From: Acidimicrobiales bacterium
GTDB taxonomy: Bacteria; Actinomycetota; Acidimicrobiia; Acidimicrobiales; CADCTF01
Length of the DNA: 64,000 bases
Direction of reading: 5' to 3'
Assembly (NCBI GenBank): GCA_035525495.1
Contig: DATLED010000042.1
Coordinates: forward strand, 11,038 to 75,037
Shown here: positions 18,744-26,566 of the stretch, one piece after another
Layout of the letters: the number at the start of each line of letters is the position of its first letter
How positions within the stretch are numbered: position 1 is the stretch's first letter
Translations under genes and position numbers: made by a program
Notes under the pieces: model-generated
The model's input: only the letters and a program-made list of their open reading frames with translations
Told to the model about the DNA's origin: nothing
Database searches by the model: none

Positions 18744-18820
18744 CCGCTTCGTCGTCCTGCGGCGCCGTGTGGGGCCAGCGTCGGTGCCTCGAAGCTCCGC
18801 GAGGATTGCGAGGTCGGTCG

Positions 18821-20599
18821 ATGGGCCGTCGCTATCCTCCGGCCGTGGCGACCCTCCGGCGGCTCTGGGCTCGTCCGCTCAGCGCCGCCGTGCTGGTATC
18901 GCTCCTGCCGTTCCTCGTTCTCGCGGCCCGCGCGCTGGTGGACGACGCGGATGCGCCATCGGGTGACGTCGCGCTGATCGAGGTGCGGGTCAGCGATGTG
19001 GGACGGTGGACGCCGCTGCTCGGCTCCTACCAGCGCTACGGGTTCAACCATCCTGGACCGCTGCTCTTCTACGCCCTCGCCGGCCCGTATCGACTGCTCG
19101 GGTCGCGATACGCCGGGATCGAGGTCGGCGCGCTGCTGCTCGGCGGGCTGTCGTTGGTCGTCATCCTCCGCGTGGCGTTCCGGCGCGGAGGCAGGCTCGG
19201 CTTGCTGTGGGCGGCGGCGCTGGTCGCCGTCGCCGTGCGCGCGGTCGGACCAGCGTGGTTGCTCGACGCGTGGGAGCCTCACGTGCTCGCCCTCGTGGCC
19301 GCGGCGGTGATCGCGCTCGCCTCCGACGCCGTCGGCGGGCGGGCGTCGGCGCTTCCGTTCGTCGCCGCGGCGGCGTCGTTCGTGGCCGAGGCGTGGGCGA
19401 CGATGCTGCCGCTGGCCCTGGCCATGGGTGGGTGGTCGACGGTCGGGCTCATCGTGCACGCCGGCCGATCCGTGGAGCAGCGGCGGGCCGTGGCGCGGTC
19501 GCTGGTGGTAGGGGCCGGGGTGGTGGCGGTGCTGTGGTTGCCCCCGGTGATGGAGCAGCTCTCGCACGACCACGGGAACCTCAGCTCCATGATCGACGCC
19601 CTCCGAGAGCCACCCGCGCCGGCGCTCGGCCTCGCCGACGGGTGGCGGGTGGTCGCCACCGAGCTCGGCCACCGCCCATCGTGGGTCGGGTTCCCGCAGG
19701 CGCTCGACGGACTGTCGCCGACGCTCGACCTCGACACCGCGCCCGTGCCCGTGGCGCTCCTGGCCCTCGCCGGCGGCCTCGGGCTGGCGCTGCGCCGACG
19801 GCGCGACTCCGACGCGTGGCTCCTCGGGACGACCTCGGTCCTGGCGATCGTCGCCGCCGTGTATGCGCTGTCGCGACTGCTCGGGCCGGTCTTCGTCTGG
19901 ATCCCCCAGTGGTTGCGGATCGTTGGGATGACGACGTGGTGCGCCGCTGGATGGTGTGGTTTCGCCGGGCTTCCGGACCGGTGGCAGCGCCGCGGACGGA
20001 TCGCCCTCGAGCCGTTCCTCGCGGTCGTGTTCGTTGTCATCGTCGGGTTGGCGACGGTGGACGCGACGAGGTTCCGGCGGCAGGTCGATCCGCTCGGCGC
20101 GGCGGTCCGCGGCCTGGTGGTCGACGCCGCCCGCGACCTCGACGACGTCGGTGGGCCGGTGCTCGTGACGTCGGAGGCCGACGCCGACCTGGCGCTCGGT
20201 GGAACCGACGTGGCGACAGAGGTGCTCGTGCTCGCCGTCGAGCGCGAGGGTCTCGAGACCCGGGTCCGTCCCGAGCTCGCACACCAGTTCGGACCGCAGC
20301 GGGCGAGGACGACGGATGTCGGCGCCGAGATCCGCCTCGTGCGGGCGGACGAGGCGGCGCGGGCACCCGTAGGGTTCGAGACGGTGGCCGAGGTGGATCC
20401 GCTGACCGCGCGGCAACGTGCCACCCGGGAGGCGATGCTGGCCACCGCCGGCCTTCCGGGCGACGCCTCGGACGCCGACTACGTGCGTTCCGTTCTCGTC
20501 CACCCTGACCTGCGCGCGGACGCCGCACGGTTGCGGGCGGTGCCGGACCTACCCCGCCTTCGGCTCCTGTTGCGGGTCGAGAGCCGTGAGCACCGCTGA
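18821..20599 (+). CDS. Polytopic integral membrane protein (592 aa) with a soluble C-terminal domain; possibly GT-C-like, function unknown
   Basis: ATG at 18821 within track ORF 18248..20599. There are about 10 hydrophobic segments (LSAAVLVSLLPFLVLAA, LLLGGLSLVVIL, and others), followed by about 180 non-hydrophobic residues. Confidence 0.65.
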   Translation: MGRRYPPAVATLRRLWARPLSAAVLVSLLPFLVLAARALVDDADAPSGDVALIEVRVSDVGRWTPLLGSYQRYGFNHPGPLLFYALAGPYRLLGSRYAGIEVGALLLGGLSLVVILRVAFRRGGRLGLLWAAALVAVAVRAVGPAWLLDAWEPHVLALVAAAVIALASDAVGGRASALPFVAAAASFVAEAWATMLPLALAMGGWSTVGLIVHAGRSVEQRRAVARSLVVGAGVVAVLWLPPVMEQLSHDHGNLSSMIDALREPPAPALGLADGWRVVATELGHRPSWVGFPQALDGLSPTLDLDTAPVPVALLALAGGLGLALRRRRDSDAWLLGTTSVLAIVAAVYALSRLLGPVFVWIPQWLRIVGMTTWCAAGWCGFAGLPDRWQRRGRIALEPFLAVVFVVIVGLATVDATRFRRQVDPLGAAVRGLVVDAARDLDDVGGPVLVTSEADADLALGGTDVATEVLVLAVEREGLETRVRPELAHQFGPQRARTTDVGAEIRLVRADEAARAPVGFETVAEVDPLTARQRATREAMLATAGLPGDASDADYVRSVLVHPDLRADAARLRAVPDLPRLRLLLRVESREHR

Positions 20600-21220
20600 G
20601 GCGACCGCCGACGGCGTGGCATCGCCGACGATGACGACCCGGCCCCCGGCGGGGCATGCGGCGACGAGTGCCGCCGCGTCCTGCGTCGGCGTCGGCCCGG
20701 CCGGGGTCTCGACGACGACGAGTGGGACCGGCAACGCGGCAGCGGCTCGCATGGCGAGCCGGCGACTGCCGTGGCGCGGGAGTCCGTGGCGCAACCGGGG
20801 ATCCAGTGCGGCGCCAGGCGGCGAGGGCGCCAACGCCACTTCGTCAGCCGCGAGCGCTCGAAGCCGGTCGCGCTGGCTCCGGACGAGCTCGGCCGGCGTC
20901 GCCCACGGCGCCCCCGTTCCGTCGACGAGGACGACGACGGTCGCCCTTGCTGCGAGGGCGGCGAGCTCGGCCGCCCAGCCGTTGGCGCCGATGCCGACGA
21001 CGACGGGCTGCTCCTCGGGCATCTTGGCCAGCAGGGCGACGAGCACGTAGGCGGCGTCGCCGGGCTCGTGGTTGCCGCCCTCGGGTGGCGGCGCCCCGGC
21101 GTGGCCCGGCAGGTCCGGCGCGATCACGGTTCCCTGCCACCCCGCGGCGAGGAAGGCGTTGCGCCACGGCGCCCCGCCGCCCTCGTCGCCGATGTCATGG
21201 AGCACGATCAGCGCCGTCAC
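20549..21220 (-). CDS. Alpha/beta-hydrolase-fold-like protein lacking an obvious nucleophile serine
   Basis: The GTG at 21220 overlaps the stop of the upstream hydrolase (GTGA). VTALIVLHDIGDEGG...VIAPDLPGHAG matches the fold. The nucleophile-elbow position reads VVVGIGANGWAA, with no GxSxG. The 3' end overlaps the convergent gene by 51 nt. Confidence 0.55.
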   Translation of the reverse strand: MTALIVLHDIGDEGGGAPWRNAFLAAGWQGTVIAPDLPGHAGAPPPEGGNHEPGDAAYVLVALLAKMPEEQPVVVGIGANGWAAELAALAARATVVVLVDGTGAPWATPAELVRSQRDRLRALAADEVALAPSPPGAALDPRLRHGLPRHGSRRLAMRAAAALPVPLVVVETPAGPTPTQDAAALVAACPAGGRVVIVGDATPSAVASAVLTALDPQQEPKAG

Positions 21221-22098
21221 CGGCCGACCTCCGCGACGAACCGTCGGATGGCATCGAGGACCGCGTCCGGTTGCTCGATGTGGACGTAGTGCCCGGCGCC
21301 GGCAACGGCCTCGTGGCGTGCGTCGCGGAACGCGGCCACGCGCTTGGCCACCTCCTCTGGCGCGTGGTCGCTCCACGTGTCGTCCTCGGCGCCCGTGAGG
21401 ACGAGGAGCGGACGCTCGAGCAGTTCATGCTCCGCGTCGATGTACGAGGGGTCCCAGTCGCCGGGAAAGCCGGTGCGGAAGAGCGGGTCGGCCTTCCACC
21501 GGAAGCCCCCTTCGTCCTCGACGGCGCCGTGCTCGACGAGGTGCTCCACCCAGTGGCGGGGGAGGCGGACGTTGACCTCGGCGCGGCGATGCACCATGTC
21601 TTCGAGGGAGGCGTAGCGGCGGGGCGGTCGCGTGAGCGCGCGTTCCACCGAGGCGAAGCTGCGCGCGGCGTCCTCGGCGATGTCCCAGTCCTCGGGCGAG
21701 TCGCCGCCATGGCCGAGGCCATCGAGGTTGACGATCCACGACACGAGCTCGGGCCACACCGACGCTGCGTACATCGACATGCCGGCGCCGAAGGAGTGAC
21801 TGACGAAGCGGACGGGCGGCCCTGCCCACTTCGCGAGCACTCCGAGATCGAGGGCGATCGCGACCCACACGTGCCCAGAGGACAGGGCGCCACTGTCGCC
21901 GTGGCCCCTGAGGTCCGGGGCGATCACCCGGTACCCGAGCTCATCGGCCAGTCGGGGCGCGAGCCCGTCCCACATGCGCCCGTGATCGTGGGCCCCGTGG
22001 ACGCAGATCACAGGGGGCGCCGACTGATCGCCCCACTCCCACACGCGCAGGCGGGTGCGGTTGAGATCGACGAAGTCGCTTCGGTCAGGCGGGCGCAT
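21217..22098 (-). CDS. Alpha/beta hydrolase
   Basis: PPVICVHGAHDHGRMWD, APDLRGHGDS, nucleophile elbow VSHSFGAG, and C-terminal AGHYVHIEQP. Confidence 0.85.
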   Translation of the reverse strand: MRPPDRSDFVDLNRTRLRVWEWGDQSAPPVICVHGAHDHGRMWDGLAPRLADELGYRVIAPDLRGHGDSGALSSGHVWVAIALDLGVLAKWAGPPVRFVSHSFGAGMSMYAASVWPELVSWIVNLDGLGHGGDSPEDWDIAEDAARSFASVERALTRPPRRYASLEDMVHRRAEVNVRLPRHWVEHLVEHGAVEDEGGFRWKADPLFRTGFPGDWDPSYIDAEHELLERPLLVLTGAEDDTWSDHAPEEVAKRVAAFRDARHEAVAGAGHYVHIEQPDAVLDAIRRFVAEVGR

Positions 22099-22149
22099 CG
22101 GCGGCGAGTCTCGCAGTCGGGGCCTGCGCCTCCCGAAGGATTTTCCCCG

Positions 22150-23145
22150 CTAGCTCCGCGCCTGCAGGCGACCGGGGCGACGCACGATCGGACGGAGGCG
22201 CTCGGCGACGGTGCCCGAGGCCGCGAGCCGGCCCGCCTCGAGGAACGCCGCCTGCACGACGCGGTCGGACCGGTCCGTGGCCATGGCGTTCACGCCCATC
22301 ACCGGAAGCGACCGCCGCGCGGGCTCGAACCACACGACCGGCGTGCCCTTGGCCCGAAGCCGCCCGACTTCGCGCTCGAGCTTGCGGTGGGCGAGCCACC
22401 GGAGGGCGGCGTCCGGCGTGCGGCTCACGCCCGTCGCCGACGACATCGGCGACACCACGACGACGAGGTCGAGCGCCTCCTCCCGCAACACGTCGGCGTT
22501 GGTCGGCGAGTACACGCCTCCGTCGAAGTACGACACGTTCCCGATCCGCACCGGCGAGAAGTACCCGGGGATGGCGCACGACGCGGCGACCGCCCGCCCC
22601 AGCGGCGCGTACGGCGCCCCGGGGCGACCGAACACCACCCGACCGCCGTCGCGCCGTCGAGCGGCGCAGATCCACAGCCCGTCGGGCCACGCGGCTCCGC
22701 TCACGGCATGCAGCGCCTCGGCCCGTTCGGCGATGTCGAAGCGCCCAGGCGGCAGCATCGTCATGGCCGCCGCGCCCGGACGGAAGGCCCACGGCCGAGC
22801 CGCAACCCGCCGGACGAGCGCCATCGGCGGCAACCGCCACGGGCGGATGAGGTCGATCGGCGACGGCGTCGGGAACTCGGTCTGATCCCGACCGCCGAGC
22901 CGTTCCATCAACGGTGTGCCTTCGACCGACAGCGGAGCCTCGACGGCGAACGCCGCCAGGTCCGACGCGGAGACGCCCAACCGCAGAAGGCTGCCGGTCA
23001 CGGAGCCCGCCGACGACCCGACGATCACCTCCGCGGTGCGGGGATCCCACCCGAGATCGTGCTCGAGGGCGGCGAGCACGCCGGCGTGGTACGCCTGACC
23101 GACGACACCGCCGGCGCCGAGGACGAGTCCGATGCGGGGCACCAC
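22150..23145 (-). CDS. Patatin-like phospholipase
   Basis: Oxyanion GLVLGAGGVVGQAYHAGVL, nucleophile GSSAGS (GxSxG), and catalytic Asp motif YFDGGVYS. Confidence 0.85.
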   Translation of the reverse strand: MVPRIGLVLGAGGVVGQAYHAGVLAALEHDLGWDPRTAEVIVGSSAGSVTGSLLRLGVSASDLAAFAVEAPLSVEGTPLMERLGGRDQTEFPTPSPIDLIRPWRLPPMALVRRVAARPWAFRPGAAAMTMLPPGRFDIAERAEALHAVSGAAWPDGLWICAARRRDGGRVVFGRPGAPYAPLGRAVAASCAIPGYFSPVRIGNVSYFDGGVYSPTNADVLREEALDLVVVVSPMSSATGVSRTPDAALRWLAHRKLEREVGRLRAKGTPVVWFEPARRSLPVMGVNAMATDRSDRVVQAAFLEAGRLAASGTVAERLRPIVRRPGRLQARS

Positions 23146-23151
23146 TGAGGT

Positions 23152-24831
23152 CTACCCGTTCGGCCGGGCCGAGACCCACTCGTCGACGAGCCGCTCCAGG
23201 AGATCCAGGGGCACGCAGCCGTGGCGGAGCACCTCATCGTGGAAGGCGCGCAGATCGAAGCCCGCGCCGAGGGTCTTCGACGCCCGCGCCCGCAGCTCCT
23301 TGATCTTCAGCTCGCCGACCTTGTAGCCGAGGGCCTGGCCGGGCCACACGATGTAGCGATCGACCTCGACCACGATGTCGTGGTCGGACCGCCCCGTGAC
23401 CTGTTGGAAGTACGTGATCGCCTGCTCCCGGGACCACCCGAGGTGGTGCAGCCCGGTGTCGAGCACCAACCGCACCGCCCGCCAGATCTCGCCGGTCAGC
23501 GCGCCGAAGAGCTGGGCGGGGTCCGCGTAGCAGCCGACGTCGGGTCCGAGGCTCTCGGCGTAGAGGCCCCACCCTTCGCCGTAGGCCGTGTACCAGGCGT
23601 TGCGGCGGAACTCGGGCAGCTCGGTCAGCTCCTGCGCCAGCGCGATCTGGAGGTGGTGTCCCGGCACCGCCTCGTGGAGCGTGAGCGCCTCCATCTCCCA
23701 GATGTAGCGACTCGGCAGGTCGTAGGTGTTCGCGAAGAACTGCCCGGCACGCGACCCGTCCGGCGCCGGAGGGAGGTAGTACGCGGCGGTCTGGGACTGC
23801 TCGGCGTAGGGCGGCACGGCCACGATCTCGTACGCGACTTTCGGCAGTCGTCCGAAGAGCTGCGGGAGGTGGGCGTCGACGCGCCTTCCGATCTCGCGGT
23901 ATCCCTCCAGCAGCGCGGCGGCATCGGTGTGGTGCTGATCGGGTGACGTCCGCAGATGGGCGGTGTAGCCGTCGAACCCGTCGTAGCCTGCATCCTCGGC
24001 GACCTCTTCCATGAGCGCGCGGATGCGGGTGACCTCGGAGAGCCCGATGGCGTGGATCTCGTCGGGTGTCATCGCCGTCGTCGTGTGATGGCGGACGTGG
24101 TGGGCGTAGCGCTCCTCACCATCCGGCAGGTCGCGACAAGCGATCGATGTGCGGGCGCCCGGAAGGTAGGTCTCGGAGAAGAACGCGTGGAAGCGGTCGT
24201 AGGCCGCGGCCACGCCGGCATAGGCCTCCGCCGCACCCTCTCGCACGCGCTCGTCGCTGCAGTCGACGAGGGGGACGAGCAGCGGGCTGTCGAACGGATC
24301 GTCGACGATCTGGTTCCGGATCTGCTGCGGCACGTCGCGCAGGCAGACCTGCGGGGGCGTGAGCCCGGCGTCGAGCCCGCGGCGCAGGTTGTCGATCGTC
24401 TGGTCGATGAGCATCGGCAGGCGACGGAGCCGTTCGACGATGCGCTCCTGCTCCTCGGTCGTCCGAGCGGGCTGCGCCTCGACGATCATCGCAGGGTCCT
24501 GCTGGACGCCTTGCAGTTGGTCGACCGGGAACAGGTGCTCCTGGTAGCGGACCTCGTCGAGCCGCTCGCGACAGCTGTGCGCCAAGAGGTCGCGGCTGAC
24601 GCGGTCGGTGTCGTCGAGCACTTCGTCGGGGAACGTCGCCAGCTCGCGGAGGAGTGCGTGCGCCTGATCGACGCGGCGCTCGACGGCTTCGGGCGACACG
24701 TCCGACCAACGATCGTCGTAGCCCGGGTGCCCGAGGACGGTCGCCGACTCGGGCGACTCCTCCATCTCCTCGGCCCACGCGGCGGCGAAGAGGTCGTGCA
24801 GTCGTCGGTGCTCCGGGGTGGGGATCGCCAT
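23152..24831 (-). CDS. DUF885-family protein (metallopeptidase-like HExxH fold)
   Basis: 559 aa with ALTLHEAVPGHHLQ and YAESLG...WRAVRLVLDTGLH...DRYIVWPGQALGYKVG, characteristic of DUF885. Confidence 0.85.
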   Translation of the reverse strand: MAIPTPEHRRLHDLFAAAWAEEMEESPESATVLGHPGYDDRWSDVSPEAVERRVDQAHALLRELATFPDEVLDDTDRVSRDLLAHSCRERLDEVRYQEHLFPVDQLQGVQQDPAMIVEAQPARTTEEQERIVERLRRLPMLIDQTIDNLRRGLDAGLTPPQVCLRDVPQQIRNQIVDDPFDSPLLVPLVDCSDERVREGAAEAYAGVAAAYDRFHAFFSETYLPGARTSIACRDLPDGEERYAHHVRHHTTTAMTPDEIHAIGLSEVTRIRALMEEVAEDAGYDGFDGYTAHLRTSPDQHHTDAAALLEGYREIGRRVDAHLPQLFGRLPKVAYEIVAVPPYAEQSQTAAYYLPPAPDGSRAGQFFANTYDLPSRYIWEMEALTLHEAVPGHHLQIALAQELTELPEFRRNAWYTAYGEGWGLYAESLGPDVGCYADPAQLFGALTGEIWRAVRLVLDTGLHHLGWSREQAITYFQQVTGRSDHDIVVEVDRYIVWPGQALGYKVGELKIKELRARASKTLGAGFDLRAFHDEVLRHGCVPLDLLERLVDEWVSARPNG

Positions 24832-24837
24832 GAGCGA

Positions 24838-25752
24838 TCAGGCTAGGGCGCCCTTCGTTCCGGCCAGCCTCGCGAGTTCCGCCAGGATCGACGGGAACTC
24901 GGGCGCGAGCTCCCGCGCCAGGTAGCCGAGCGGTCCGACCCGTTCGGCGAGTCGATCACCGGCCGCGGCGTGGACGTGGATGCCGAAGACGGCGGCCTGC
25001 AAGGGATCGGCGCCTCGCGCCGCAAGCCCGCCGATGGCTCCGGCGACGACGTCGCCCGAGCCCGACGTCCCGAGGCCCACGTTGCCCGCCTCGTCGGCGA
25101 ACACTCGTCCGTCGGGGGCGCACGTGTAGGTCGTCGCTCCCTTCAGCGACACGACCACGCCGAGCTCGTCGACGAGTCGCTGAGCCGTTTGCAAGGGATC
25201 GGCGTTGACGTCGTCGACCTCGCACCGCGCCAACGTCGCCGCCTCGGCGGCGTTCGGCGTCAGCACGACGCGTTCGCGCGCCGGCCCCAGCAGGTCGGCG
25301 CCGCATCCCTCGAGACAGGTGATGGCCGCAGCATCGAGGACCAGCACCGGGCCGGGCACGGCGACGAGCGCGGTGATGATCTCCCGCACCGGGTCCGGCG
25401 CGGACATGCCGACGCCGATGACGACGGCCTGCGCGCGCTGAGCCTGTTCGGCCACGACCCTGCCGGCACCGCCGCAGATGTCGCCGTCGCCGTCCTCTTC
25501 GAGCGCGACCACGAGCGCTTCCGGCACCAGCAGCGCCAGACCGCCGGCGACCGACGACGCCGTCGCCAGCTGGAGCTTGCCCGCACCCACGCGCAGCGCC
25601 GCTTCACCGGCGAGTCGAACGGCGCCGGGCACCGATGCGGAGCCGCCGAGGATCAGGATGCGGCCGCGCTCCTCCTTCGAGTCGGCGTCGTCGGGCTGCG
25701 GGAGAGGCCACTCCCGCAGCAGGTGGTCATCGACTCGCTGCATCGCCCGCAC
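24838..25752 (-). CDS. nnrD: ADP-dependent NAD(P)H-hydrate dehydratase (YjeF C-terminal/carbohydrate-kinase-type)
   Basis: ILILGGSASVPGAVRLAGEAALRVGAGKL, LTPNAAE, and GTSGSGDVVAGAIGGLAARG. Its 5' end overlaps the upstream gene by 26 nt; an alternative ATG is at 25743. Confidence 0.85.
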   Translation of the reverse strand: MRAMQRVDDHLLREWPLPQPDDADSKEERGRILILGGSASVPGAVRLAGEAALRVGAGKLQLATASSVAGGLALLVPEALVVALEEDGDGDICGGAGRVVAEQAQRAQAVVIGVGMSAPDPVREIITALVAVPGPVLVLDAAAITCLEGCGADLLGPARERVVLTPNAAEAATLARCEVDDVNADPLQTAQRLVDELGVVVSLKGATTYTCAPDGRVFADEAGNVGLGTSGSGDVVAGAIGGLAARGADPLQAAVFGIHVHAAAGDRLAERVGPLGYLARELAPEFPSILAELARLAGTKGALA

Positions 25753-26539
25753 CGCCCGCGCCCACAGGGACGTCCGGCTCCGTCGTGACCGCCTCGCCCG
25801 CGGCTTCGAGCGGCGCCACGTGGTTGAAGAGTCGCAACGCCATCTGTCCGTGCCCGCCAGGCCCCTCTTCGAGCGCGTAGGACGTCACCGAACAGTTGGC
25901 GAGGTCGTGGTCCCGGTCGATGGCGAGGATCTCCTGCTCGCTGAGGTGCTCGAGGATGTAGCGGAACATCAGCACGACGACCTGGTGGGACACGACGAGG
26001 ATGCGCTCGCCGCGGCACTCCCGGCTGATCGTGTCGATGAAGCTTCGCAGCCGCAGGATCACGTCGGCCCACGACTCCCCGCCCGGGGGGCGATGGTAGA
26101 ACTTGCCGAGGTGGGCGCGGAACGCCGCCTGCTCCGGATAGCGCTCGGTGATGCCGCGGCGGGTGAGGCGGTCGAGGACGCCGAACTCCCGCTCCCGCAG
26201 CCGCTCGTCGATGACGAGCGTGACCTCATCCTCGGCCCGCCGCCCTGCCGCTTCGAGGGCGCGCGACGCCGTCTCTCGCGCCCGGACGTACGGGGACGTG
26301 TACACCACCGTCGGCTGTTCGTCCGAAGGAAGGTCGGCGATCCACTGTCCGAGCGCCGTCGCCTGGCGCTCGCCGAGCCGCGACAACGGGACGTCCATGT
26401 CGCGGTCGACGATGTCGATCATCGGCAGCCCCTCCGCCTCCGCCTTGTCCCGCGCCACGTTGCCCGCGCTCTCGCCGTGGCGGACGATGAGCAGACTCGA
26501 AGGCCACAACGCATCGGTCACGGAGGTCGCCCTACCCAT
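25727..26539 (-). CDS. Histidine phosphatase (phosphoglycerate mutase) family protein
   Basis: Catalytic RHG motif in LLIVRHGESAGN, plus SPYVRARETA and VVSHQVV. Confidence 0.85.
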   Translation of the reverse strand: MGRATSVTDALWPSSLLIVRHGESAGNVARDKAEAEGLPMIDIVDRDMDVPLSRLGERQATALGQWIADLPSDEQPTVVYTSPYVRARETASRALEAAGRRAEDEVTLVIDERLREREFGVLDRLTRRGITERYPEQAAFRAHLGKFYHRPPGGESWADVILRLRSFIDTISRECRGERILVVSHQVVVLMFRYILEHLSEQEILAIDRDHDLANCSVTSYALEEGPGGHGQMALRLFNHVAPLEAAGEAVTTEPDVPVGAGGAGDAASR

Positions 26540-26566
26540 CCTGGAACCGACGGAAGCCGGGTCGGG

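Noticed and set aside
18599-20508. 634-aa minus-strand and 500-aa plus-strand ORFs across the membrane protein gene
   Set aside because: They are dominated by Arg/Pro/Gly/His with no hydrophobic or catalytic pattern. The 18821..20599 frame gives coherent TM helices.
20656-23148. 830-aa plus-strand ORF spanning the hydrolase and patatin region
   Set aside because: It is antisense to three minus-strand genes that have clear catalytic motifs. Its composition is Arg/Pro/Gly-rich.
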